Assembly: GCA_050260395.1 (NCBI GenBank)
Contig: JBLNCC010000058.1
Coordinates: 3,466-67,465, forward strand
DNA length: 64,000 bases
Reading direction: 5' to 3'
Source of the DNA: Betaproteobacteria bacterium
GTDB taxonomy: Bacteria > Bacillota > SHA-98 > UBA4971
The position numbers and the translations under genes were made by a program. Below the pieces are notes generated by a model. It was not told the origin of the DNA. It saw only the letters and a list, made by a program, of their open reading frames with translations, and searched no databases. The stretch's first letter is position 1; every line of letters begins with the position of its first letter. Shown piece after piece: positions 18,649 through 29,957 of this stretch.

Positions 18649-19056
18649 ATGCCGTCGCTCGAGGTAGGCAGCATCGTCGAGGGCCGCGTGACGGGAATCA
18701 CGCACTTCGGGGCCTTCGTCGAACTGGCCGGGGGTCAGACCGGACTGGTTCACATTTCCGAGGTCGCTGACACGTATGTACGAGACATAAAGGACTACTT
18801 GAAAGAAAACGACGTCGTGAAAGTGAAGATCCTGGCCGTCGAAAACGGCAGGATCGGGTTGTCGATCAAGCAAGCTGATCCAAATTACCAGCCCGGTCGC
18901 GGCAGAAGGATGAACGCGGCTGCAAGGCAGTCCTTTGAAGAGAAGCTTTCGAAGTTCCTGAAAGACAGCGACGAGCGGCTGTCAGACCTCAAGAAAAGCC
19001 AGGAATCGAAGCGGGGTGGGCGCGGCACTCGTTACTCCAGAATGGGAGGGGCGTAG
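18649..19056 (+). CDS. yabR: S1 RNA-binding domain protein (YabR-like)
   Basis: 'MPSLEVGSIVEGRVTGITHFGAFVELAGGQTGLVHISEVADTYV' parallels the B. subtilis YabR N-terminus. Confidence 0.85.
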   Translation: MPSLEVGSIVEGRVTGITHFGAFVELAGGQTGLVHISEVADTYVRDIKDYLKENDVVKVKILAVENGRIGLSIKQADPNYQPGRGRRMNAAARQSFEEKLSKFLKDSDERLSDLKKSQESKRGGRGTRYSRMGGA

Positions 19057-19169
19057 AGACGGGATCGCGTGGTCCCCTTGGCTTAGTCGGGTTGCCCCGG
19101 CGAGAGGGCGACGACTTCGGAAGCAAGATCCGGAAGCGAGAGACGACGAATAAGAGGGAGTGAGAGGAA

Positions 19170-19203
19170 AGCCGGTGCGCTTAGGCCACCGGCTATTTCT
19201 TCG
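19170..19203 (+). terminator. Intrinsic terminator after yabR
   Basis: Stem AGCCGGTG/CACCGGCT, 9-nt loop, tail ATTTCTTC. Confidence 0.55.
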
Positions 19204-19839
19204 ATGTGCCGGATGGATCGCAAGCCGCACATGACAGACATGACAGACGAGGAGCTCGTGGAGAGACAAATAGGCAGGAAACCGCGGGGGTTCCTCCGGG
19301 TGGCGACGCGGTGCCCGCTTGGCCTTCCGGAGACCATCGTGACGAAGCCGGTCCTGCGCGAAGAAGGTGGCACGTATCGAAAGAAGCGCGTGGAGCCGTT
19401 TCCCACGGTGTTCTGGCTCACTTGTCCTGGTGCGGTGCGAGCGGTATCCGAGCTCGAGGCCATGGGCTACGTGAGGAAGCTGCAGCAAAGGCTTGCGGGC
19501 GACCCGGCCGCCCTCGAGGCCTACCGTGAAGCGGCAAGGTCGTACGCGGACTACCGCATGTCCCTCCTGCCGGCTGAGGATGCATCGCGTCTCGCCGCGG
19601 AGCATCCGGGCCAGTACGAGGTAGTGGCGCGCTCCGGAATCGGCGGCGTGCTTGGGAAGCCCGATGTTGCCGGGATCAAGTGCCTCCACGCTCACTACGC
19701 TGATTACCTGGTGCGCGGAACAAACCCTATTGGCAAGTGGGTTCGTGAGCTGCTGATAGAGAAGGCGCGCGGTGAGCCTGGCTTTCCAGGGCGAGAGCAA
19801 ACGCCGCGGCCACGGCAAGCGCCCCAGGGAGAAGAGTGA
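19204..19839 (+). CDS. DUF501-domain protein (start uncertain; ATG 19231 also possible)
   Basis: 'FPTVFWLTCPGAVRAVSELEAMG' and 'IKCLHAHYADYLVRGTNPIGKWV' fit the DUF501 signature as recalled. That family is often adjacent to ftsB/divIC. Confidence 0.65.
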   Translation: MCRMDRKPHMTDMTDEELVERQIGRKPRGFLRVATRCPLGLPETIVTKPVLREEGGTYRKKRVEPFPTVFWLTCPGAVRAVSELEAMGYVRKLQQRLAGDPAALEAYREAARSYADYRMSLLPAEDASRLAAEHPGQYEVVARSGIGGVLGKPDVAGIKCLHAHYADYLVRGTNPIGKWVRELLIEKARGEPGFPGREQTPRPRQAPQGEE

Positions 19840-20971
19840 GCGCCATCCGAATGCCGAGGGCATCCGCGAGGACCCCTATGCCCGCTGCCCCCAGCGACCC
19901 CGCTCCCCACGCGACGCCCATCATGAACGCCGAGACCGTGCCCGCTCTTGCGGGAGCGAGGTTCTGGGCGGTCATCGTGATGATGGGCATGGGGAGGTAT
20001 ATGGTGAACCCGGCCGCGGCGAGCAGCGCGTACGAGGCGAAGCCGTTCGCATGCATGAACCCGAGAAGGAGTGGGATGGGCGCCAGCAGGCCCGCGACCA
20101 TCAACTTGAAAGGCCCCATCTTGTCAGCTGCCGGTCCCGCCACCATGATCCCGATGATCCCGGCGAATACGAATACCGACGCGACCGACCCGTACACCAT
20201 GAGCGGCAGGCCCATCTCCCTCAGATAGATGGGCACGAACGTCGTGTAGCTCATGGAGACGGCCAGGCGCAGCGCGGCGATGATCCAGAGCATCACGAGC
20301 GCGCCGACCGGCACCTTCCCGCCGCGCGCGCCGTCGGTCACGGCTCCGTCACGATTGGCGGGGGCGTCATTCGCCGGCGCCGGGCGGGAGCGCCTCGCCT
20401 CGCTGAGGCCGGCGCGGCTGACCGCGCGGCGACGTGGTGCGAAACGATATATGAGGAGCGAGACGAGAATGCCCGGGACGACCGTGACGTAAGTATAGCG
20501 GAGGCCGAGCGTGCTCACGACTGAGAGCACCACGAGAGGCCCGAGGGCATACCCGACCTCTCCCGCCGTGGTAAACACCGACAGAATGAAGCCTTTACGG
20601 GTCTGGTCTATTGAGCCGGCCATTGCGGCACCCTGCGGGTGGAACATGCCTGAGCCGATCCCGCCGATAACGAGCAAGGCTACGAGCAGACCCTCGCTGC
20701 CGGCGAGGCCGATCATGCACATAGCCGTGGCGGTGACCGTCGGGCCGAGGACGATAAAGATCCTGCTCTTGGTGGTGTCGGCGAGGTGCCCCACGACAGG
20801 CTGGACGACCGACGACGTGGCGGCGTACACGGCCGAGAGAAGCCCTGCCATTGCCAGCGATATGTCGAACTTCGCCACGAGCATCGGCAAAAGCGGTGTG
20901 AGGAAGGCTGCGTATAGGTCATTCACCAGGTGTCCGGATGTTACTGCGGCAAGCTCGAGACGATTACGCAT
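19727..20971 (-). CDS. MFS transporter (Fsr/fosmidomycin-resistance-like subfamily)
   Basis: 12-TM pattern with 'HLVNDLYAAFLTPLLPMLV...SSVVQPVVGHLAD'. Confidence 0.8.
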   Translation of the reverse strand: MRNRLELAAVTSGHLVNDLYAAFLTPLLPMLVAKFDISLAMAGLLSAVYAATSSVVQPVVGHLADTTKSRIFIVLGPTVTATAMCMIGLAGSEGLLVALLVIGGIGSGMFHPQGAAMAGSIDQTRKGFILSVFTTAGEVGYALGPLVVLSVVSTLGLRYTYVTVVPGILVSLLIYRFAPRRRAVSRAGLSEARRSRPAPANDAPANRDGAVTDGARGGKVPVGALVMLWIIAALRLAVSMSYTTFVPIYLREMGLPLMVYGSVASVFVFAGIIGIMVAGPAADKMGPFKLMVAGLLAPIPLLLGFMHANGFASYALLAAAGFTIYLPMPIITMTAQNLAPARAGTVSAFMMGVAWGAGSLGAAGIGVLADALGIRMALTLLPGALAVAAAFALALESQAHRAPSLSAAHEPTCQ

Positions 20972-21084
20972 GAATCATCATATTCGACCCGGCGGAAGGA
21001 TATCCTTGCAGGCACGTAGAAAAACCGCAGGAAAAGTCGAAAGGCGCCCCGCTGAAAGGTGCCTGAAGGAGGAAACTGTGAGGC

Positions 21085-21372
21085 ATGGACTGGAAACTCT
21101 TTGCCCTGACCTTCACCACTCTTTTCCTGGCTGAAATGGGCGACAAGACGCAGCTTGCCGTGTTCACGCTAGTCGCCCAACATCGCTTGGTTATCCCGGT
21201 GTTCCTGGGCGCGTCGCTTGCCTTGTCGAGCGTCAGCCTCATCGGTGCTCTCTTCGGGGGCGTGGTCTCCAAGTTCCTCCCGACGGAATACATTCAGATC
21301 GCGGCCGGCATCCTTTTCATCGGCATGGGCGTGTTCATCCTGGTGCAGGCCGTTGCCAAGCTGATTGGGTAG
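21085..21372 (+). CDS. UPF0016 (GDT1/TMEM165-like) half-size cation transporter subunit
   Basis: Signature 'LAEMGDKTQL' (E-x-G-D-K-T). 95 aa with three TM segments. Confidence 0.8.
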   Translation: MDWKLFALTFTTLFLAEMGDKTQLAVFTLVAQHRLVIPVFLGASLALSSVSLIGALFGGVVSKFLPTEYIQIAAGILFIGMGVFILVQAVAKLIG

Positions 21373-21477
21373 CGGAGTGGATGGGCGGGGCGCGATAAAC
21401 GCGGCTTTGCCTCGTTCCCACGGCTGTTTGGCCGAGCTCGGGCTTCCGGGAGAGGCGGAAGGAGGAGAATCACGGAG

Positions 21478-22263
21478 ATGATCCTTGTACTGGACATCGG
21501 CAACACCAACATCGTTCTGGGGGTTTACGAGAACACACGCCTCGTGGCAAGCTGTCGCATAGCCACCGACCGGCTAAAGACCGCGGACGAGTACGCCATG
21601 GTCATCCGCGACCTCTTTTCGTACCACGGCCTTGACTTTGGCGCGATAAGCGGCGCTGCCATCTCATGCGTCGTGCCCCCTGTCATCGGCACTTTCGAGG
21701 ATCTTGTCAGGCGCTATTTCCACTGTGAGCCCGTGGTCGTGGAGCCTGGGATCAAGACCGGCATAGTCATACGTTACGAAAACCCCAAGGAAGTGGGGGC
21801 GGACCGCATCGTCAACGCCGTGGCGGCTTACGAGAAGTACGGCGGCCCCGTGATCGTGGTAGACTTCGGCACCGCCACGACGTTTTGCGCCATATCCGCG
21901 TCCGGCGAGTACCTGGGTGGGGCCATCGCGCCTGGCATCGGCATATCCAGCGAGGCCCTGTTCGCACGCGCCGCAAAGCTCCCCCGCGTCGAGCTGGTGA
22001 AGCCAAAGTCGGTCATCGGGCGCAGCACAGTCGCGAGCATGCAGGCGGGCATAATCTACGGGACGGTCGGGCTTGTGGACGGGATAGTGAGGAGGATGAA
22101 ACTCGAGATGGGAGGCGACGCCCGCGTGGTCGCGACCGGGGGCTTCGCGCCGCTCATCGCGGAGGATTCGTCCGAGATAGACGTGCTCGAACCCGACCTC
22201 ACCCTGGAAGGCTTGCGCATGATCTTCGAGAAGAACGCGCGGGTGCCTGAGCCTTCGAACTAA
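21478..22263 (+). CDS. coaX: Type III pantothenate kinase
   Basis: '[17 protein letters not shown]', '[11 protein letters not shown]' and '[10 protein letters not shown]'. Confidence 0.95.
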   Translation: MILVLDIGNTNIVLGVYENTRLVASCRIATDRLKTADEYAMVIRDLFSYHGLDFGAISGAAISCVVPPVIGTFEDLVRRYFHCEPVVVEPGIKTGIVIRYENPKEVGADRIVNAVAAYEKYGGPVIVVDFGTATTFCAISASGEYLGGAIAPGIGISSEALFARAAKLPRVELVKPKSVIGRSTVASMQAGIIYGTVGLVDGIVRRMKLEMGGDARVVATGGFAPLIAEDSSEIDVLEPDLTLEGLRMIFEKNARVPEPSN

Positions 22264-22475
22264 GTATGAGGTCATGAGACTGTTGATGTTTCCCACAGTC
22301 CTCGCCTCTTTTCCAGCAGTTGCCGGGTTGCCGGTGTTGCCCGCCGGGGACGGCGCGCTTGCGGCGCGCCTCGTTCGAATTTGGCGCGCGGGCTAGCCAA
22401 ATTCTCGACGCCCCGTCGTGCAAGCACCGGCAACCCCTCCCAAGAGTCGGGAGCGTTTTTGCATCTCCACTTAGG
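22260..22475 (-). repeat. Structured interspersed element, copy 4 (reverse orientation, most diverged full-length copy)
   Basis: The reverse complement reads CC-TA-AGTGGAGATGCAAAAACGCTCCCGACTCTTGGGAGGGGTTGCCGGTG... and ends ...CCTCATACT-TA-G. The coaX stop TAA (22261-22263) lies in its terminus. Confidence 0.85.
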
Positions 22476-22534
22476 CGGTGCGCTGCGGCTCCCAAAATAG
22501 AGAGAGTCGGCCGTGTCCTTGACGTGTCCTTGAT

Positions 22535-24727
22535 TTGAGGAGTGAGCGGGATCTGAGAAACTCAGGTCAAAAGGTCGAGAGAGCCATAACCGTAGGTCTT
22601 GAGGTGGCTGGCACGCCAGGCTGGGAGGTCGAGGACTCCCTCGACGAACTCGACCGGCTCGCGGCGACGGCCGGTGCCGAGGTGGTCGGGAGGGTGGTCC
22701 AAAAACGGACGTCGCCTGACCCTGCCACGTACATAGGCGAGGGGAAGGCCCGGGAGATCGCGGCCCTCGCGATCGTGGCCCGCGCTGACCTCGTGATCTT
22801 CGATGACGAGCTCAGTCCTGCCCAGCAACGCAACCTCGAGGAGATCATAGGAGTCAAGGTCATAGACAGGACGTGGCTCATCCTCGACATCTTTGCTTCC
22901 AGGGCCGCGAGCAAGGAAGGCAAGATACAGGTCGAGCTCGCCCAGCTTTCTTACCTGCTCCCGCGGCTCACAGGCAAGGGCGTTGAGCTCTCCAGGCTCG
23001 GCGGCGGCATCGGCACCCGTGGGCCGGGGGAGACGAAGCTCGAGACCGACAGGCGCCGGATCAGGAAGCGCATCGCGGTCCTCCGCGGCGAGCTCGCCGA
23101 GATAGCGGCGCGGCGGGGGTTACAGCGTTCCCGCCGTAAGGAAGCCGGGATGCCCGTGGTGTCGCTCGTTGGCTACACCAATGCCGGCAAGTCCACGCTG
23201 TTCAATGCCCTTACTGAATCGCAGGTGCTGGTGGAGGACAAACTGTTTGCCACCTTGGACCCGACGATACGTAGGTGCCGCCTACCAGGAGGGCAGGTGG
23301 TGCTCCTCGCGGACACCGTGGGGTTCATTCGCAAGCTACCCCACGATCTCGTGGCGGCGTTCCGCGCCACACTGGAGGAAGTTGCCCAGGCTGATGTCAT
23401 CTGTCACGTGGTCGACACCAGTCACCCGGGCAAGGACGAGCAGTGCGCGGCGGTGAACGCGGTCCTCGCGGACCTCGGCCTTCAAGACAAGCCTATGCTC
23501 ACCGTTCTCAACAAGATGGATCTCGTCAGCGGGGAACTCGAAAGAGAACGCTTGCGCGTGGAACACCCAGGCGCGGTCCTGATCTCCGCCGCCGAGCGAT
23601 GGGGCCTGTCTGACCTGCTCCGGGCGGTCGAGGATATGCTTGCCACGAGGGGGCGGCGAAGCGATCCGCAGACCGAGCCCGGTCCTCGCCCGGCCGTTGG
23701 CGGCCCGCACGCTTCGGGTGTCCCCGACTCGGACCGCGGTCGACGCGCCGTGGCCATTGGTGACGTGGGCCTGGCGGCCCCCGTAGTACTCGCGCCCATG
23801 GCTGGGGTGACCGACCTCGCTTATCGACTGCTCGCGAAGGAGATGGGATGCGCTCTGGTGTACACGGAGATGATCTCCGACAAAGCGCTCATCTTCCGCA
23901 ACGAGCGGACTTTCGAGCTTCTGCGGATCTCAGAGCTTGAAAGGCCTGTGGCGGTTCAACTTTTCGGGAGCGACCCCGAGAGCATGGCGAGCGCGGCTGC
24001 GATCGTCCGGGACCGGGTGCATCCTGACATCATCGACATCAACATGGGGTGCCCCACGCCGAAGATAGTCAAGAACGGCGAGGGGGCCGCGCTCATGCGG
24101 GACGTGCCCCTCGCGCAGGATATCGTCGCAGCCGTGGCCGGGGTGGCGGGGGTGCCCGTGACAGTGAAGATGAGGAAGGGCTGGGACGGGGAGCACGTCA
24201 ACGCCGTGGAACTCGCACAGGCGGTCGAGGCTGCCGGCGCGGCCGCTGTGGCGGTGCACGGCCGCACCCGCGACCAGTTCTATTCCGGCGAGGCTGATTG
24301 GAACATCATCAAGGATGTGAAAGGGGCCGTCGGAATCCCGGTGATCGGCAACGGGGACGTCCGGTCGGCCGAGGACGCCGCGCGCATGCTCAAGGAGACG
24401 GGCTGCGACGCGGTCATGATAGGCAGGGCGGCGCTCGGGAATCCCTGGATATTCAGGGAGGTCACCGCCTATCTCGCGACAGGCAGGAAGGTGCCACCGC
24501 CTTCGCTTGCCGAGCGGGTTGCCATGGCCATCCAGCACCTCGACATGATGATCGAGCTTTTCGGGGAGAAAAGCGCCGTCCTTCAGATGAGAAAGCATGC
24601 GGCGTGGTACCTGCGCGGCACTCCCGGCGCCGCCCAGGGCCGGGTGCGGATAAACGCGGCGAAGACCAGGGCTGAGATGGTGGAAGCCATCACCTCGGTC
24701 CTTGCTCGGCCTTGTCGCTCTGTGTGA
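22535..24727 (+). CDS. hflX/dusB: Single ORF fusing GTPase HflX (N-terminal ~395 aa) to a DusB-like tRNA-dihydrouridine synthase (C-terminal ~300 aa)
   Basis: HflX: '[17 protein letters not shown]', '[12 protein letters not shown]', '[12 protein letters not shown]', 'DTVGFI', 'NKMD'. Dus: '[15 protein letters not shown]', '[11 protein letters not shown]', 'VKMRKGW', 'VHGRTR', '[13 protein letters not shown]'. No in-frame stop lies between them. The start codon (TTG 22535) is uncertain. Confidence 0.8.
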   Translation: MRSERDLRNSGQKVERAITVGLEVAGTPGWEVEDSLDELDRLAATAGAEVVGRVVQKRTSPDPATYIGEGKAREIAALAIVARADLVIFDDELSPAQQRNLEEIIGVKVIDRTWLILDIFASRAASKEGKIQVELAQLSYLLPRLTGKGVELSRLGGGIGTRGPGETKLETDRRRIRKRIAVLRGELAEIAARRGLQRSRRKEAGMPVVSLVGYTNAGKSTLFNALTESQVLVEDKLFATLDPTIRRCRLPGGQVVLLADTVGFIRKLPHDLVAAFRATLEEVAQADVICHVVDTSHPGKDEQCAAVNAVLADLGLQDKPMLTVLNKMDLVSGELERERLRVEHPGAVLISAAERWGLSDLLRAVEDMLATRGRRSDPQTEPGPRPAVGGPHASGVPDSDRGRRAVAIGDVGLAAPVVLAPMAGVTDLAYRLLAKEMGCALVYTEMISDKALIFRNERTFELLRISELERPVAVQLFGSDPESMASAAAIVRDRVHPDIIDINMGCPTPKIVKNGEGAALMRDVPLAQDIVAAVAGVAGVPVTVKMRKGWDGEHVNAVELAQAVEAAGAAAVAVHGRTRDQFYSGEADWNIIKDVKGAVGIPVIGNGDVRSAEDAARMLKETGCDAVMIGRAALGNPWIFREVTAYLATGRKVPPPSLAERVAMAIQHLDMMIELFGEKSAVLQMRKHAAWYLRGTPGAAQGRVRINAAKTRAEMVEAITSVLARPCRSV

Positions 24728-24918
24728 GGGCGCGTCAGTCATTACCGCATTTCCAGCGGTTGCCGGGTCGCACGTGTTGCGCTAGATGACGGCGCCCTCG
24801 AGCGGGGCGCGCTTCGCCGAAATCAGGCCCATGAGGTTAGTGGCCGGGTTTTCACACCCCTCGTGCAATCAGCGGCAACCCCTCCCAAAAGTCGGGAGCG
24901 TTTTGCACTCCCGCTTAG
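24720..24918 (-). repeat. Structured interspersed element, copy 5 (reverse orientation)
   Basis: The reverse complement reads GC-TA-AGCGGGAGTGCAAAACGCTCCCGACTTTTGGGAGGGGTTGCCGCTGATTGCACGAGGGGTG... The hflX/dus stop TGA (24725-24727) lies in its distal end. Confidence 0.85.
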
Positions 24919-24927
24919 CGACGGAGT

Positions 24928-24956
24928 TTGCGTTTTCGGGGGCGTCCTGCTAGAAT
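24928..24956 (+). promoter_or_regulatory. Candidate promoter with extended -10 (TTGCGT-17-TAGAAT, TGc upstream)
   Basis: TTGCGT 24928-24933 and TGCTAGAAT ending at 24956. Confidence 0.5.
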
Positions 24957-25050
24957 AGGAATGTGCACAATAATGTTGACACCGCTGGGGGCGGGAAGGC
25001 CAGCGAGGCGCGCTCGCGCTGGATGCGCGCCGGAGGCAGACAGGGGGGTG

Positions 25051-25584
25051 ATGGGGCTGGAGCTCATTCGCATCGGTGACAAGGTCGTGGACAAGGCGCG
25101 GGTGTACAAGGCCATCGATAAGATCCTCGAGCTCCGCGTCAAGGGCCTCTCGCAACAGGAGGCCGCGGACCAAGTAGGCATCGACAGAGCTTTCGTGTCC
25201 CGCTTGGAGAGCCTCGGCGAGGTTCGTAAAGGCGCGCGCATCGCGATCGTGGGCTTCCCCGTGGGGAACAAGGAGGAGATCCGCAGAGTGGCGGAGGAGG
25301 AAGGTGTGGATTTCGTCCTCCTACTGAACGACGTTGAACGGTGGGCCTATCTCAGGGAGAGGTCGGGACAAGAGGTCTTCAACGAGATCATGGCCATAAT
25401 CACGAAGCTGAAGACGTACGACGCCGTCGTCTTCATAGGGTCCGACATGCGGGTGGGCCTTGTGGAATCCATCCTCGGCGACCGAGTGGTTGGGATCGAG
25501 GTCGGAACGTCCCCGATCAAAGGCGACCGCTATGTGGACCCGGAGTTCATCCGCAACATTCTTCGCAGCATAACGACGGCATGA
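25051..25584 (+). CDS. Helix-turn-helix domain protein, function unknown
   Basis: HTH 'LSQQEAADQVGIDRAFVSRLE' followed by a ~110-aa alpha/beta-like domain. AGGGGGG RBS. Confidence 0.6.
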   Translation: MGLELIRIGDKVVDKARVYKAIDKILELRVKGLSQQEAADQVGIDRAFVSRLESLGEVRKGARIAIVGFPVGNKEEIRRVAEEEGVDFVLLLNDVERWAYLRERSGQEVFNEIMAIITKLKTYDAVVFIGSDMRVGLVESILGDRVVGIEVGTSPIKGDRYVDPEFIRNILRSITTA

Positions 25585-25638
25585 CCGCGGCGGCAGCGTC
25601 GCGCAGTCGTACAAGATGGGATTGGGGGGCAGGTTCGT

Positions 25639-26541
25639 ATGAAGCACGTTGTTAGCGTAAGTCTGGGCTCATCCAAGCGCGACCATAAAGCCACGGTCAT
25701 CCTGCTCGGCGAGGAAGTGGTGATCGAGAGGCGCGGGACCGACGGGGACATCCAGAAGGCCATCGATCTCATCCGCAGCCTCGATGGCAAAGTGGACGCG
25801 TTCGGCATGGGCGGCACGGACCTTTGGTTTTACGTGGGGCGGAGACGCTACATGCTGCGTGATGCGGTCCCGATAGCGCGTGCGGCCAGCAGGACTCCCA
25901 TTGCCGACGGGAGCATGCTGAAGGGCGTAATCGAGCGGAGGGCCGTCGAGTACATTCGTGATGAGATGAAGATGCCCCTCGCGGGCAAGAACGCTCTCAT
26001 CGTGTGCGCCCTGGATAGGTTCGGCATGGCGTCAGCTCTCCTCGAGTCCGGGTGCGACATGATGTACGGCGATTTGGCGTTCGGGCTCGGCATACCCATT
26101 TTCCTGAGGTCGTTTTCCACGTTCCAGGCGCTCGTCACCGTGCTTATGCCGGTGATACGGCTTCTCCCCATCAAGATGCTTTATCCCACCGGCAAGAGCC
26201 AGGAACGCGTGGTGCCGAAGTTCGGAAAGGCGTACGCATGGGCGGACATCATCGGGGGAGACTGCCACTTCATCAAGAAACACATGCCCGACGACCTCGC
26301 GGGGAAGGTTATCATAACGAACACCGTCACCAAGGACGACGTGGAAGCGTTCAGAAAGAGAGGGGTGAAGACGCTGGTGGCGTCGACCCCAGAGATCGAG
26401 GGCAGGTCGTTCGCAACGAACGTCATGGACGCGGTGTTCGTGGCTCTGACAGGGCGGCGACCGGAGGAGTTCACGCCCTCGGATTATCTGGACCTCATCA
26501 GGCGGCTTGAGATAAAGCCTAGAGTGGAAACACTGAACTAG
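25639..26541 (+). CDS. Conserved protein of unknown function (family often loosely annotated 'quinate 5-dehydrogenase')
   Basis: 'MKHVVSVSLGSSKRDHKATV...' reads as a clean 300-aa ORF. The family assignment is from memory only. Confidence 0.5.
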   Translation: MKHVVSVSLGSSKRDHKATVILLGEEVVIERRGTDGDIQKAIDLIRSLDGKVDAFGMGGTDLWFYVGRRRYMLRDAVPIARAASRTPIADGSMLKGVIERRAVEYIRDEMKMPLAGKNALIVCALDRFGMASALLESGCDMMYGDLAFGLGIPIFLRSFSTFQALVTVLMPVIRLLPIKMLYPTGKSQERVVPKFGKAYAWADIIGGDCHFIKKHMPDDLAGKVIITNTVTKDDVEAFRKRGVKTLVASTPEIEGRSFATNVMDAVFVALTGRRPEEFTPSDYLDLIRRLEIKPRVETLN

Positions 26542-26558
26542 CCAGCCTCGACCGAGGC

Positions 26559-26587
26559 TTGACAACGCCGGGAGCACACGACATAAT
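26559..26587 (+). promoter_or_regulatory. Candidate greA promoter (TTGACA-17-CATAAT)
   Basis: TTGACA 26559-26564 and CATAAT 26582-26587. Confidence 0.55.
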
Positions 26588-26700
26588 AGTGGCATGCGAA
26601 AAGCGGCATCGCGCAACGGGCACAGGCGCGCGAAATGGCGCCGAGGCGCGTTGCGCGATGTCCGGATGTACATGGGCCGGTTAAGGGAGGAACCAGCTTG

Positions 26701-28759
<2,059 letters not shown>

Positions 28760-28810
28760 GGACGCGGAGCACTCCGACTGCTCGCACTCTTGATGGCACT
28801 CCTGATGCAA

Positions 28811-28857
28811 GGCAGGGGTTGCGCGATGCCCAGTCGCGGAGCCCCTGCCTTTTTCTT
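28811..28857 (+). terminator. Rho-independent terminator after lysS
   Basis: Stem GGCAGGGG ... CCCCTGCC followed by TTTTTCTTCTC. Confidence 0.7.
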
Positions 28858-28931
28858 CTCTGAGGGTTCCACGGATAGAAGGATTTCCGGGTTGGGTGGC
28901 GAATCACTTTCCTGTGGGTGAACAATTGTGC

Positions 28932-28945
28932 TGCACATATGTGCA
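28932..28945. promoter_or_regulatory. Perfect 14-bp palindrome TGCACATATGTGCA (candidate operator)
   Basis: Read directly. Lies just upstream of the regulator RBS (AAGGAGGG) and its GTG 28959 start. Confidence 0.5.
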
Positions 28946-28958
28946 AAGGAGGGTCTCA

Positions 28959-29903
28959 GTGTCTTTCGACAAGAAGGTTCTCTATGAGATCGCTCACCAG
29001 TACTACGAGCTCGAGCGCACGCAACAGGAGATCGCGAAGAGCCTGGGCGTGTCCAGGAGCCAGGTATCGCGTGCGCTACAACAGGCTCGCGAGGCCGGAA
29101 TAGTGCTCCTGAAGGTCATAGATCCTGATGCAGACTACAGCGACCTTGCGCGGGCGCTGAAGGAGAGATTCGGCCTCAAGGACGCTGTGGTAATAGGAGG
29201 AATCGACTCCCCGCGCCTGCTTGCGCAGAACCTGGGGCGTGCCGCGGCGAACTACCTAGCCCATTGCGTTAAGGAGCGTTCGGTGGTCGGTGTGTCATGG
29301 GGGGCTACTCTACGTGAGGTCGCGACGGCACTTGGTGCTGCGATACCCTCATCTCTCAATGTCACGGTTGTGCCTCTGCTTGGAGGGCTTGGTCAGGTAG
29401 TGGCTGATCTCCAGATCAACGAGCTTGCTGCACGAGTGGCAAAAGCACTCGGAGGAGTCAATTTCTACCTCCACGCCCCGTCTTTTGTTGACACTCCTGA
29501 GGCGAAGGCGGCCATCATGGCTGATAGCAACATAAAGAGAGTCGTGGAGTTGTGGGAACACGTGGATGTAGCTTTGGTCGGAGTGGGAACCTTCAGGCCG
29601 CCTTCGACCCTCCTCGAGCGAGGCGGTTTTCCTGATGCAGATCTCCGCGAGCTGCGGCGGATCGGTGCAGTAGGCGACATGTGCATGCGATTCTTCGACA
29701 TCCACGGGGCTCCTTTAGAGACGTCGCTTAACGACAGGATCGTCGGGGTGACTCTGGAGGAACTTGGCCGCATGGACCGCGTCATAGCTGTTGCTGGCGG
29801 GCTAAACAAGACTGAGGCAATCCTCGGAGCTCTCCGCAGCAAGGTTGTGGACGTGATCATCACGGACGATGCCGCGGCGAGAGGGGTGATGTCGCTGGCC
29901 TAG
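28959..29903 (+). CDS. SorC/DeoR(Bsu)/LsrR-family sugar-phosphate-binding transcriptional regulator
   Basis: HTH 'TQQEIAKSLGVSRSQVSRALQQAREAGIV' plus a C-terminal sugar-binding domain ('VGVSWGATL', 'VGDMCMRFFD', 'VIAVAGG..K'). Confidence 0.85.
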   Translation: MSFDKKVLYEIAHQYYELERTQQEIAKSLGVSRSQVSRALQQAREAGIVLLKVIDPDADYSDLARALKERFGLKDAVVIGGIDSPRLLAQNLGRAAANYLAHCVKERSVVGVSWGATLREVATALGAAIPSSLNVTVVPLLGGLGQVVADLQINELAARVAKALGGVNFYLHAPSFVDTPEAKAAIMADSNIKRVVELWEHVDVALVGVGTFRPPSTLLERGGFPDADLRELRRIGAVGDMCMRFFDIHGAPLETSLNDRIVGVTLEELGRMDRVIAVAGGLNKTEAILGALRSKVVDVIITDDAAARGVMSLA

Positions 29904-29957
29904 TGAAGCGTGGCAGGCTGTACACTCCGTATCTGAGCTCAACTGGAGGTGTCTTTC

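Noticed and set aside
19075-19110. 'CCCCTTGGCTTAGTCGGGTTGCCCCGG' after yabR as a solo element end
   Set aside because: Only short words (CTTAG, GGGTTGCC) match, which could be chance in GC-rich DNA.
20972-21084. Possible yybP-ykoY (Mn2+) riboswitch ahead of the UPF0016 transporter
   Set aside because: The intergenic region is only ~110 bp, and I could not find the conserved GGGGAGUAG or GACAUA-type cores.
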